A stretch of 59,706 nucleotides of DNA from Candidatus Sericytochromatia bacterium (lineage in GTDB: Bacteria > Cyanobacteriota > Sericytochromatia > S15B-MN24 > UBA4093): the NCBI GenBank assembly GCA_036676985.1, contig JAKFBU010000053.1, positions 1-59,706 on the forward strand, given 5' to 3'. The translations under genes and the position numbers were made by a program. Under the pieces are notes generated by a model. The model had not been told where the DNA came from. It saw nothing but the letters and a program-made list of their open reading frames with translations, and searched no databases. Position 1 is the first letter of the stretch, and each line of letters opens with the position of its first letter. Shown one piece after another: positions 19,604 through 28,671 of the stretch.

Positions 19604-21196
19604 ATGGGTGACGGTAAGGTGACGTCGGGCATCTCCAACCTGTGGGGCGGCGTCGTCAAAAGCGTGACGGGCAAGCTCGCCGATACCGGCGAAGCCGCCA
19701 AGGACGCGGTCGACACCGTCGGCAAGGCGGTCACGGACAGCGGGGCCGCCGAACTCGCGTCGCGCGGGACGGAGCGCCTGGGCGCTTACGTGGACGCCAC
19801 CGCCGAGGCGGTCACGGACACCTTCAAGGCGAGTGCCCAGCTGGTAGACAGCACGGTGGAGAAGGGCGCGGACGCCCTGGAGCAGTTCAAGGATACGGCC
19901 GTCGAGCAGGGCTCCAAGCTGGTGGATCAGTTCCTGGACGCGGCGATCGAGACGGGCTCAGAGCTGGCGACCAAGGCCGGCGAGGCCCTGGTGGAGGGTG
20001 TCAACGAGACCCTGCCCATCACGATCAACGACATGGCCACCATCGGGAGCAACGTCGTCGACTTCATCAAGACGGGCAAGCTCACTCCCGAGCAGGAGTT
20101 CGTCCTGTCCAAGCTCAAGCCGGACACCTCCTTCGCCCTGTCCAAGCTCAGCCTGGACGATGTGGGCAAGTTCCTCAAGGTGGCAGGAGCCGCCTTGTTC
20201 GGGGACGGTGCCAAGACCCTGAAGGCCGAGGCCGGCCTCATGCTGCTCCTGGTCCGTGGCGACCTCACCAAGGAGCCGCCCGGCGGCGGCCCGCGCCTCC
20301 TGGACGTGCTGGCCGATCGCGCCTTCAAGCCCGCGGATCCGAAGCTCGCCGAGCGCGGCATCCAGATGGGGGAGGTCCTGAGCGACGTCATCGAGGTGGC
20401 CGCCATGCCCATGATCGTGAAGCAGGGCAAGGGATCCTCCACCTGCGTCGCGGGCTCCCTGCAGGCCGCCAAGGCCGCCGAGGACCCCGCAGCCTACGCC
20501 GAGTTCGTCCTCAGCCTGGTTCAGGACGGCAAGGCCACGGTCAAGGGGCCGGACGGCAAGCCCCAGGAGATGGCGCTCAACACGGGCGACATCGATGACG
20601 GCCACAAGGGCCAGGATATGCTGGACGCGGCCGTGCAGGGCTCCATGGTGGCCTTCGCCAGGCAGGCGGTGCCGGACAGCGCCGGGGCCGACGGCGACTT
20701 TGGTGGCGGTCGCACCGGAGGCGGCGGCAAGCTCGGCGGCGGCCGGGTCGGTGGCGGCGGCAAGTTCGGCGGCGGGCGGCTCGGCGGCAGCGGCAAGTAC
20801 GGTGGTGGCCGGGTCGGTGGTGGCGGCAAGCTCGGCGGCGATGCCGACGAGGGCCTCACCCTGCGCCAAGCGGACCACCTCTACGAGGTGACGCTCGGCC
20901 GCAAGGGCCAGTCCGTCAACGTCGAGGACGGCAACGCGGCTCTGATCACCGCCAAGATCGAGGCGGCGGCCGGCAAGCACCCGGTCCAGGTGGGCCTCCA
21001 GGCGGTGCAGCCGGACGGCAGCATCGGCGGGCACATGGTGGCCGTGCAGGGGGCGACCACCTCCGACGACGGCAAGCCGCTCCTCATGATCTCGGACTCC
21101 AACACCGGTGAGATCACGGCCATGCCGCGCGACGAGTTCCAGAAGCTCCTGGTTGGCGCCATCCTGCCGGAGCAGACGACCGGCGGCCCGCGGTAA
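19604..21196 (+). CDS. Hypothetical protein: helical N-terminus plus putative papain/C39-like Cys peptidase domain interrupted by Gly-rich repeats
   Basis: RBS AAGGAGG before ATG 19604 (alternative start 19532); KQGKGSSTCVAGSLQ, GGHMVAV, ISDSNTG. Confidence 0.75.
   Translation: MGDGKVTSGISNLWGGVVKSVTGKLADTGEAAKDAVDTVGKAVTDSGAAELASRGTERLGAYVDATAEAVTDTFKASAQLVDSTVEKGADALEQFKDTAVEQGSKLVDQFLDAAIETGSELATKAGEALVEGVNETLPITINDMATIGSNVVDFIKTGKLTPEQEFVLSKLKPDTSFALSKLSLDDVGKFLKVAGAALFGDGAKTLKAEAGLMLLLVRGDLTKEPPGGGPRLLDVLADRAFKPADPKLAERGIQMGEVLSDVIEVAAMPMIVKQGKGSSTCVAGSLQAAKAAEDPAAYAEFVLSLVQDGKATVKGPDGKPQEMALNTGDIDDGHKGQDMLDAAVQGSMVAFARQAVPDSAGADGDFGGGRTGGGGKLGGGRVGGGGKFGGGRLGGSGKYGGGRVGGGGKLGGDADEGLTLRQADHLYEVTLGRKGQSVNVEDGNAALITAKIEAAAGKHPVQVGLQAVQPDGSIGGHMVAVQGATTSDDGKPLLMISDSNTGEITAMPRDEFQKLLVGAILPEQTTGGPR
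20699..20839 (+). repeat. Four tandem 33-nt units encoding [FLY]GGGRxGGxGK
   Basis: FGGGRTGGGGK LGGGRVGGGGK FGGGRLGGSGK YGGGRVGGGGK LGG. Confidence 0.9.
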
Positions 21197-21210
21197 CGCC
21201 CCTCCTACGA

Positions 21211-21247
21211 GCATCGCCCGGCGCGGCCAAGCCGCGCCGGGCGATGC
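21211..21247. terminator. 17-bp hairpin between convergent genes
   Basis: gcatcgcccggcgcggc-caa-gccgcgccgggcgatgc. Confidence 0.75.
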
Positions 21248-21262
21248 CGTTGCTTCCTGGGG

Positions 21263-22291
21263 TTAGGGCTCCAGCTGGTCGACGTAGCGGCGGTAGTCCT
21301 CGAACAGCTTGGCCTGCTCCGGCCCCGCCTGCGGCGACATGTAGTCGTTGAAATCAAAGCTGATGAGCTTGGTGACCGACGACCGGGTGGCTGCGATCTG
21401 CTTCTCGAGGCGGTCCACGGAGGCCGGCTTGGCCGCGAAGCCCTCCGTCAGCTTCGTCGTGCGGTCGAAGGCCTCCAGGTTGGCCCAGAGTTCCACGCCA
21501 TGCGCCTCGGTGGCCTTGGCGATCGCCCCCAGGTCGCGCGAGACCCGCTTCAACTGCTCGTCGGTGCCGCCCACGCCGTCCTGCCAGGCGACGACGTCGA
21601 TGGGCGCCCGCGCGAGGACGGTGCTCCACCACTCGGTGATCTGCTCCGGAGGGCTCGACAGGGGCACGCCGGGAATCCAGTTGGTGTAGGGCGAGATCAT
21701 CACCCGGAGGTCCGGCCGTTCTTCCTTGGCGGCCCGGGCGATGGCGCCGTAGAAGTCCCCGATGACGCGCGGGTTGGCGAGACCGTTGACCTCGAAGGGG
21801 ATGTACACGCCTGCCATGGACGGGTGATGCGCGAACTGCTTCACCAGCTGCCGGGTGTAGGTCGCGACGGAGTCGCCCTCCTGCTTGACCTCCCAGGGCA
21901 GGTACTGCCGCAGGTACCAGCTCTCGAGCCCGCTGCCCTCGTTGAGGGCGGTGCCGACCATCACCTTCATGCCGAGCCGATCGGCGGCCGAGAGGATCCG
22001 CTCGGTGGCCTCCGAGAAGTTGTTTCCGTCGTACTGGTTGAACTGGATGATGGCCGTGTCCATCCCCACGGCCTGCATGTCCCGGAGCGTCCGCTCCCAG
22101 TACTCGGCCGACTCGCCGTTGCCGTGGACCTGGAGGAACGAGCCCGTCAGGCGATCGGGTCCCGACTGGGCGCCGCGCGCCTCGGTACTCAGGGACAGGC
22201 GATCGCCCGGCGTGACCGTCCGGGGTTCGGGGGCTGTCGGAGCGGATGGTCGCATCCAGGTGAAGAGCTGTTTGAGGGGACGGATTTCCAT
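21263..22291 (-). CDS. DUF4434-like glycoside hydrolase (TIM barrel)
   Basis: LTGSFLQ..W..L..M..VGMDTAIIQ, HHPSMAGVYIPFE, WQDGVG, LWANLEAF; RBS GGGAGG before ATG 22291. Confidence 0.75.
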   Translation of the reverse strand: MEIRPLKQLFTWMRPSAPTAPEPRTVTPGDRLSLSTEARGAQSGPDRLTGSFLQVHGNGESAEYWERTLRDMQAVGMDTAIIQFNQYDGNNFSEATERILSAADRLGMKVMVGTALNEGSGLESWYLRQYLPWEVKQEGDSVATYTRQLVKQFAHHPSMAGVYIPFEVNGLANPRVIGDFYGAIARAAKEERPDLRVMISPYTNWIPGVPLSSPPEQITEWWSTVLARAPIDVVAWQDGVGGTDEQLKRVSRDLGAIAKATEAHGVELWANLEAFDRTTKLTEGFAAKPASVDRLEKQIAATRSSVTKLISFDFNDYMSPQAGPEQAKLFEDYRRYVDQLEP

Positions 22292-22438
22292 GGGGCCTCC
22301 CGGCAAGCAGGGCTAAGGCCTACATACCCCGCGGGGGCTCCCATTCCTCTGCTTGACAGCCAGGGGGCGATTGCCTAGGGTAGAAGCGGCTCTTGGCGCG
22401 GCGTCGCGCCCGAAGGGCGTGAGGGGAGGTCGTTTCTC

Positions 22439-23236
22439 GTGCGCGTGTTGCTCATGATGCTGCTGTTCTGGGCCGTCGCCCTGCCGGCCCATGCCCTGCA
22501 GGACCTCCATGGCCGGCCGGTGAAGCCCGGCGCCTACCGGCGCATCGTCTCGCTCGCCCCGTCCAACACGGAGCTCGTGTACGCCATCGGCTGGGGCGAT
22601 CGCCTCATCGGGGTGACGGACATGTGCGACTTCCCGCCCGAGGCCCGGAAGAAGCCGCGCGTGGGCGGCGCCGAGAACCTCAGCGTGGAGCAAGTCCTCT
22701 CGCTCAAGCCGGACCTCGTCCTCGCCATTCCGTCCAAGGCTCCGGCCCTGCGCCAGCTCGCGCGCATGCTCAAGGCCCCGGTCGTGGTCCTCGAGAGCGA
22801 CACGCTGGAGTCGGTGGCCGCCAATGCCGAGGCGCTGGGCGGGGTCATCGGACCCGAGGGCAAGGCCTTCGCGGCGCGCTACCGCAAAGAGCTGGGGCGC
22901 ATCAAGCCGGCGGGCCACCATCCGAGCGTCTTCTACCTGGTCTGGGATCGGCCGCTCATGAGCGCCGGGCCGGGGACCTTCCTGGACGACCTGATCCGGC
23001 GCGCCGGGGGCCGCAACATCGCCACCGAAGCCGGCTATCGCCCCTTCTCGGAAGAGCGGCTGATCGCAGGCGCTCCGCAGGTGGTGCTGTATCCCACCAA
23101 CTTGAAGGCGGCCGCCGGGCGTCTCAAGGAGCGCTTGCCGGGGGCACGCTTCGTCGCGCTGCCGGCGGATGAGGTCTCTCGACCGGGGCCCCGGGTGTTC
23201 AAGGCCATCCAGCAAGCTGCCCGGTCTTTCGAGTGA
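22439..23236 (+). CDS. BtuF-like cobalamin/Fe-siderophore ABC substrate-binding protein
   Basis: Signal peptide; RIVSLAPSNTE, GVTDMCDFP, EQVLSLKPDLV, TFLDDLIRRAGGRN, SRPGPR. Confidence 0.88.
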   Translation: MRVLLMMLLFWAVALPAHALQDLHGRPVKPGAYRRIVSLAPSNTELVYAIGWGDRLIGVTDMCDFPPEARKKPRVGGAENLSVEQVLSLKPDLVLAIPSKAPALRQLARMLKAPVVVLESDTLESVAANAEALGGVIGPEGKAFAARYRKELGRIKPAGHHPSVFYLVWDRPLMSAGPGTFLDDLIRRAGGRNIATEAGYRPFSEERLIAGAPQVVLYPTNLKAAAGRLKERLPGARFVALPADEVSRPGPRVFKAIQQAARSFE

Positions 23237-23292
23237 GAAAAGTGCGCCGAGCCGGGCGAATCCTTCACTTAAATATGTTACACTAACGCCCT

Positions 23293-23682
23293 ATGAAGCC
23301 GCTTAAGATACTTGTTGTCGAAGACGAACCCACCAATGCCGAGATTCTGAGCATCCTCTTGACCCGAGAAGGTCATCAGGTCGTGACCGCTTCCGACGGT
23401 CCGTCGGGCGTCAAGGCGGCGCTGGCCGAGCGGCCGGACCTGGTCTTCATGGACGTCCTGATGCCGGGCGAGTTCGACGGGCTCGAGGCGACGCGGCGGC
23501 TCAAGTCCGACCCGACCTTCCATGGCATCATCATCTGCCAGTCCGCGCGCGCGAGCGGCGCCGACCAGCAGGAGGGGCTCGGGTCCGGAGCCGACGGCTA
23601 CCTGACCAAGCCCTTCAAGCGCCAGGACGTGCTCGCCGTCATCGACCAGTTCGCGGACAAGCTGGCCGCCGCCAAGGGCTAG
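23293..23682 (+). CDS. Single-domain response regulator (CheY/DivK-like receiver)
   Basis: ILVVEDE, PDLVFMDVLMP, DGLEATRRLK, GADGYLTKPF. Confidence 0.93.
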   Translation: MKPLKILVVEDEPTNAEILSILLTREGHQVVTASDGPSGVKAALAERPDLVFMDVLMPGEFDGLEATRRLKSDPTFHGIIICQSARASGADQQEGLGSGADGYLTKPFKRQDVLAVIDQFADKLAAAKG

Positions 23683-23696
23683 CCAAGAGGTTTTTC

Positions 23697-23726
23697 GCCG
23701 GCCACCCTCGGGTGGCCGGCTTTTTT
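23697..23726 (+). terminator. Rho-independent terminator
   Basis: gccggccaccc-tc-gggtggccggc followed by tttttt. Confidence 0.88.
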
Positions 23727-23790
23727 GCGCGGTGGGCTCCGTGAGCCCTCGGGACACGCGTGTGCTGCTCACTGCTCGGATGACATGGCG

Positions 23791-23992
23791 CTGGACCCCC
23801 GCGTGCGCGAGGGTGACGGGAGCGCCGACGACCCTGAAGGGGCTAACCCGCAAACGAGAAAGGCTGATCACCCAAGAGACGAGGACCAGTGCTCACCCGC
23901 GATACGAGAACGAGTGCTTGCCTTCGATGCCTGAATAGGCGCTCCCGTCATTCCCGCGGAAGCGGGGTCACCCTCGCGAAGGCGGGGGCCAG
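23791..23992. repeat. Inverted doublet of CGTC-type REPs (REPIN-like) with internal degenerate ~25-nt tandem units
   Basis: 23791-23826 reverse-complements to ggcgctcccgtcaccctcgcgcacgcgggggtccag, which matches 23938-23992 (two overlapping copies). Confidence 0.75.
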
Positions 23993-24024
23993 GGTCGCGA
24001 CTCGGGGGCCTCTGTTAGAAGGCG

Positions 24025-24822
24025 CTAGATCGAGAGGTCACGCCGGCGGAACGTGACGGCGGCGCCCACCAGGCAGACGAGGATGAGGCCGCCCAGGACC
24101 GCCAGGTCCCGCGGCTCGATGCCGGCCCCGTTCAGGATCGCCTTGGGATCGTAGTAGTCGAAGAGCGACAGCCAGCGATAGGGCTTGAGCGGGCTCCAGA
24201 GCTCGGCCGCGTAGTTCCACAGGAAGGTCACCAAGAGGACGGCGGTCCCGACGAGGGTCGTCGGACCCTTTTCCGTAAAGACCGTCGAGCACCAGAGCGT
24301 GAGCGTCCCGAAGGTCCCGTAGAGTAGGAAGGTCATCAGGGCCGCCTGCAGGTAGACGCCGGGGCCCGCATGGGCGATGCCGAAGGCGGTCGAGGCCGCC
24401 CACACACCACCGACGAAGACCAGCGCGAGGATGGCGCTCCCCAGCAGCACGACGAAGGCCTTCGCCGCCAGGAACGGCACGCGGCCGATCGGGTAGCTGA
24501 GCATCCAGCCGAGGGTGCCCCGCTCGACTTCCCCGGCGATCGCCTGCGCCCCCCGGGCGAGGGGCCATGCGGAGAAGAGCGCCAGGAGGACCGGGTGCGT
24601 GTAGGCGATGGTGATGAAGCCCTCCAGCGTGTTCATGCCCATGCGGGTCTGCACGAGCGGCTTGAGGAAGCTCGGCACCACTTTCAGCATGTCCTCGAAG
24701 GAGTCCTTCATGGACGGATACATGGCCGTCATCAGGAAGGCGAAGGCGAGCACGCCGATCGACAGCGTGATCAGGAAGCGCAGTGAGACGCGCAGCTCTT
24801 GGCGCAGGACGTTCAGGTTCAT
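24025..24822 (-). CDS. ABC-2 type exporter permease
   Basis: IAGEVERGTLGWMLSYPIGR..AK, SLFDYY, FRRRDL; six TM segments. Confidence 0.88.
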   Translation of the reverse strand: MNLNVLRQELRVSLRFLITLSIGVLAFAFLMTAMYPSMKDSFEDMLKVVPSFLKPLVQTRMGMNTLEGFITIAYTHPVLLALFSAWPLARGAQAIAGEVERGTLGWMLSYPIGRVPFLAAKAFVVLLGSAILALVFVGGVWAASTAFGIAHAGPGVYLQAALMTFLLYGTFGTLTLWCSTVFTEKGPTTLVGTAVLLVTFLWNYAAELWSPLKPYRWLSLFDYYDPKAILNGAGIEPRDLAVLGGLILVCLVGAAVTFRRRDLSI

Positions 24823-25709
24823 GGCTGCTGGGGCTCGTAGTAGCTGAGGAAGATCTCCTCCAGGCGCGCCGGCTCGAGCGTGAAGTCGGCCAGAGGGACC
24901 TCCGCGAGGGAGGACAACAGGGCCCGGGCGGAGCCCGCGTAGGTGAAGCTCGCCTGGAGCCCCTGCTGGGAGCGCAAGGTCGCTTGGGGGATCCGCAGGG
25001 TCGCCGCGTCGAGGGCATGATCGAGCGTCAGGTTGAGGATGCGGACCTTCCGGGCTTGCAGGTCCTCGATGCGCTCGACCGCGAGCAGCTTGCCCTGGCG
25101 GATGATGGCCACGCGATCGCAGATCTGCTCCACCTCGGAGAGGATGTGCGAGGACAGGAAGATCGTCTTGCCGCGCCCCCTGGCCTCGAGCAGGATCTGG
25201 TGGAACTCCTGCTGGATGAGGGGGTCGAAGCCGTCCGAGGGCTCGTCGAGGATCATGAGGTCCGGGTCGTGCATGAGCGCCTGGATGAGCGCGACCTTCT
25301 GCTTCATGCCCTTGGAATACTGCCGGATCTTGCCCTTGAGCTTGATGTTGAGCCGCTCGGCGAGCTCATGGGCGCGCTTCAGGCTGCCTTCGGGACGGTA
25401 GCCCGCGAGGTACTTGAGCAGGTCTTCGCCCGTCATCTCCTCGTAGAGGTTGAACTCGGCGGGCAGGTACCCGAGGCGGTGCCTTAGCTCACGGGCCTGT
25501 CGGCGGCAGTCCATGCCGAAGATGAGGGCCTCGCCGTGGTCCGGTCGCAGGTAGTCCAGGAGCATGCGGATGGTCGTGGTCTTGCCGGCGCCGTTCGGCC
25601 CCAAAAAGCCGAAGATGAGCCCCGCCTCCACCTGGAGGGTCGCGTCGAAGACCCCGGTCGTCTCGGTGAAGCGCTTGGTGAGGCCGCGCGTCTCGATGGC
25701 GAGCGTCAT
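24819..25709 (-). CDS. ABC transporter ATP-binding protein
   Basis: Walker A GPNGAGKTT, signature YSKGMKQ, Walker B ILDEP, SSH. Confidence 0.95.
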   Translation of the reverse strand: MTLAIETRGLTKRFTETTGVFDATLQVEAGLIFGFLGPNGAGKTTTIRMLLDYLRPDHGEALIFGMDCRRQARELRHRLGYLPAEFNLYEEMTGEDLLKYLAGYRPEGSLKRAHELAERLNIKLKGKIRQYSKGMKQKVALIQALMHDPDLMILDEPSDGFDPLIQQEFHQILLEARGRGKTIFLSSHILSEVEQICDRVAIIRQGKLLAVERIEDLQARKVRILNLTLDHALDAATLRIPQATLRSQQGLQASFTYAGSARALLSSLAEVPLADFTLEPARLEEIFLSYYEPQQP

Positions 25710-25710
25710 G

Positions 25711-26490
25711 CTACTTCCCCGTGAGCAGGTCCTTGACCTCGAGCCGTGCGCCGATGCGCAGGGCCCCAGGCAGGACGGAGAGCTCGGTGAGGCGGTACAC
25801 GCCCGCCGGCGTCTGGAACCGGGACAGGTCGAAGGTCCGCATGCTGGGGTTGTTCAGCATGCTGGGCGGGACCGGCGAGCCCATCATGGTCGCCTGGACG
25901 TTGTCCAGGGCGATCTGCTGGTCGCTGACCAGGCGCGGCGAGGCGGTGGCCGTGAAGGGAATGGTCGTGCCGCCCATGAAGACGTTGCCCTCGACCGCAA
26001 TTGCCCCCGGCAGGATGCGGACGCGGCCCGGGTTCACGTCGATGTTGCTCGTGACGGTGATGCCCGGGAAGATGCTGATCTGGGTAGGGATGCCCTTGAG
26101 CTGCTGGGCGATGCGGGGCGACTTGAGGAAGGCGTTGAGGCCGTCCTCCGTCACAGTGGCCGACGCCGTGGCCGTCACCGGGCGGTTGAGCTGGGCCGGC
26201 CGGCCGAACAGCATGGCCCCCGTGTTGACGGCGATGGGCCCCGTGTCGATGGAGGCCGACGCGATGGGCAAGCCCTCGACCTGGAAGCCGTTGGCGCGGA
26301 TGCTCAGCGACTGGACCTCGCCCCCGATGGCGCGGATGGGCGGGTTGGCGATGACCGAGGCCTGGAGGTACTGGAAGGGGCCGTACTGTTTCTGGAGCTG
26401 CTGCTCCACGGTGCGGCCCGCGACTCCGGGCAGGAGGCTTCCGAGCGTGTACAGGACGACGATGGCGGCTGCGAGCAGGTAGGTGATCAT
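25711..26490 (-). CDS. DUF2993 / LmeA-like lipid-binding protein
   Basis: N-terminal TM anchor; TEDGLNAFL motif; beta-rich TULIP-like pattern. Confidence 0.65.
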   Translation of the reverse strand: MITYLLAAAIVVLYTLGSLLPGVAGRTVEQQLQKQYGPFQYLQASVIANPPIRAIGGEVQSLSIRANGFQVEGLPIASASIDTGPIAVNTGAMLFGRPAQLNRPVTATASATVTEDGLNAFLKSPRIAQQLKGIPTQISIFPGITVTSNIDVNPGRVRILPGAIAVEGNVFMGGTTIPFTATASPRLVSDQQIALDNVQATMMGSPVPPSMLNNPSMRTFDLSRFQTPAGVYRLTELSVLPGALRIGARLEVKDLLTGK

Positions 26491-28125
26491 CTAGAAGCGT
26501 CCTCCTCCCCCGAAGGTGAGGGTGTGTACGGTCTCCAGGGCGCCGCCGAAGCCCACGCCGAGGTTACCCTGGTAGGTGATGCCCACGGTGAGGACCGCAG
26601 GGTGCGCCCGCAGGATCTCGTAGTCGGCCCCCAACTGCCAACCCGCACCGAGCCCCATGTCGCCCTTGGTCTGTGAGTTGAGGAGCATCAGGGGGTAGAG
26701 CTGGAGCCCGCCGTGGGCCGTGACGGCGGGCAGCGGCTTCATGGCGACGGCGCCCGCGGGGCCCGCCCCGAAGGTCATGCCGCTCACGGTCGAGCCGCCC
26801 GAGAGGTTGCGGAGCATGAAGCCGGCGCCGCCCGCGGCCTGCCAGTTGGGGCCGCGCATGGGGAGCTTGTAGAGGCCCTCGGCTCGCATGTGAAAGTCGA
26901 AGAGGCTCTCGTTGGCTCCGCCCGCGGAGACCGGGATGGGGTAGATGGTCGAGACGGCGCCGGAGCCACCGAAGGCGCCCTGCCAGTACTCGCCGGCGGC
27001 GTTGATGTTGACGAAGCCCGGCACGGCGGCCTGCAACCCGCTTCCCAGGTAGAAGAGCACGGCATCCAGGCCCAGGCGTCCGCGGGGCACCAGGAGCTCG
27101 GAGGTCTTGGTGGGGCGATCGCTCGGCCGCATGGTCGCAGCGGGCCGCGGGGTGGCCGCCGGTCGTGCGGTGGCGCGCGGCTCGGGCGTCGGCTCCGGGG
27201 TGGGCTCCGGCGTGGGGGCCACGGTCGGGGCGGGGGTCGGCTTGTCGTCCTGGAGCCAGAAGGGCACGCGCGGCGTGGGCTTGGGCTCGGGGGTGGCCAC
27301 GGGCGTGGGCGTGCGCCGGGGCCGGGGCGTCTCCACCGGCTCGGGCGTCGGCTCCGGGGTCGGCTGCACGCGGGGCGTGGCGGCCGGGCGCGGCGTGGGG
27401 CGCGGGGTGGCCACGGGCGTCGGCAACGGACGCGGGGTGGCGACCGGCTCCGGGGTGGGGGCCGAGACGGCCAGCGCCGCGCGGATCGGCTCCTGCATCT
27501 CGGGATCGATCAAGAGCAGCGTGCGCACGAGCATGTCGAGGGCGTCGAAGCGCGTGATGGAGCTGTGGGGCTTGAAGGCCGCGCCGCGCGGGGCGTCGAT
27601 GACCTGCCAGAAGTTGGCCGCGCGGTCCAGGATCTGGCCCTCGCGCGAGCTGGGGACCACGTCGGAGAAGGTGAGGGCGGGGCCCTTGCGGTGAGGCGGC
27701 GCCATGACCGAGCGGTAGCTCAGGAGGTGGACCAAAGAGTCGACGAACTCGAGGCGGGTGACCCGCCGCAGGCCCGCAAAGCGGCCGCCGTCCCCGCTCA
27801 GGAGGTTGAGGCTCGTCACGCGGCTCACCGCCGGCATGGCCGGGTGGCCGGGCGGGATGTCGGACCAGGCGACGACGTTGAACGGCACGTCCCGGGGATC
27901 CAGGAGGCCGTTGAGGATGGTGGCGAGCTCGTAGCGGGAGAGCTGGGTGTTGCCGCCGTACTCGGAGTCGGAGATGCCGGGGAGGATGCCGCGCTCGGCG
28001 AGCATCACCGCCAGCACGCCGCGCGAGTTGTCGGGCGAGAGGTCCGTGAAGTTGGCTCCCCAGGCCGGCATGGCCAGGGTGCCGGCCGCGAGCGCAAGCG
28101 CGATGATGCGCGTGTGGCGTGCCAC
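26491..28125 (-). CDS. S-layer homology (SLH) domain protein with Pro/Thr linker and C-terminal outer-membrane beta-barrel
   Basis: Signal peptide; three SLH-like repeats (FTDL..SRYE, WSDI..TRLE, FSDV..TRFD); amphipathic strands ending in Phe. Confidence 0.8.
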   Translation of the reverse strand: MARHTRIIALALAAGTLAMPAWGANFTDLSPDNSRGVLAVMLAERGILPGISDSEYGGNTQLSRYELATILNGLLDPRDVPFNVVAWSDIPPGHPAMPAVSRVTSLNLLSGDGGRFAGLRRVTRLEFVDSLVHLLSYRSVMAPPHRKGPALTFSDVVPSSREGQILDRAANFWQVIDAPRGAAFKPHSSITRFDALDMLVRTLLLIDPEMQEPIRAALAVSAPTPEPVATPRPLPTPVATPRPTPRPAATPRVQPTPEPTPEPVETPRPRRTPTPVATPEPKPTPRVPFWLQDDKPTPAPTVAPTPEPTPEPTPEPRATARPAATPRPAATMRPSDRPTKTSELLVPRGRLGLDAVLFYLGSGLQAAVPGFVNINAAGEYWQGAFGGSGAVSTIYPIPVSAGGANESLFDFHMRAEGLYKLPMRGPNWQAAGGAGFMLRNLSGGSTVSGMTFGAGPAGAVAMKPLPAVTAHGGLQLYPLMLLNSQTKGDMGLGAGWQLGADYEILRAHPAVLTVGITYQGNLGVGFGGALETVHTLTFGGGGRF

Positions 28126-28128
28126 TCC

Positions 28129-28467
28129 CTACTCCTTAAGCTCCAGGCGATCGCCCTCTTTGAGGCCGTGCCTCGCAATCGTCCCGGCGGGCAGCTCCAG
28201 CGTTTGATATGCCCCGAACACAACGGGCGAAACCCTCCAGGGCTGGAGGTCGGGCAGGAGCCGCTCCACGACGAGATCCTTGGTCAAGAATACCACGTCG
28301 ATGGGATAGCGCATGAAGAACATGTGGACGGAGTTGCAGGGCTTGATCAGCAGGCCCTGACCCTCGGGAAGAGAGCGCGTGAACTGGAGTCCGGCGAACC
28401 GGGTCCAGAAGTTGTCCGCCACCCGCAGGTCGCGCACCAGGTCGGCGTCGTTCCGGACGATTCGCAT
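28129..28467 (-). CDS. DUF192 family protein
   Basis: VADNFWTRFAGL, SVHMFFMRYPIDVVFL, LELPAG..GLKEGD. Confidence 0.9.
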   Translation of the reverse strand: MRIVRNDADLVRDLRVADNFWTRFAGLQFTRSLPEGQGLLIKPCNSVHMFFMRYPIDVVFLTKDLVVERLLPDLQPWRVSPVVFGAYQTLELPAGTIARHGLKEGDRLELKE

Positions 28468-28671
28468 TTCGGTTCCCGAGCCCTTTCCATGCCGCTTTGA
28501 GGTCATCGACAAGTCCTTAATGCCCACCAATCGCTAGTCTAGCACGTACGCCCCATGCCGTGTCGACGATCGATCGGATGGACGCCCGGCTGTCGGACTG
28601 ATATGCTGTTTTAGCATTCACTAATGAAATTTAGTCAGTCCCAACCGTCCGCTCGACCAGGAGAACGTGCC

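Noticed and set aside
27120-27465. Pro/Thr-encoding DNA repeats (also near 8420-8570)
   Set aside because: Ordinary low-complexity linkers, not independent repeat elements.
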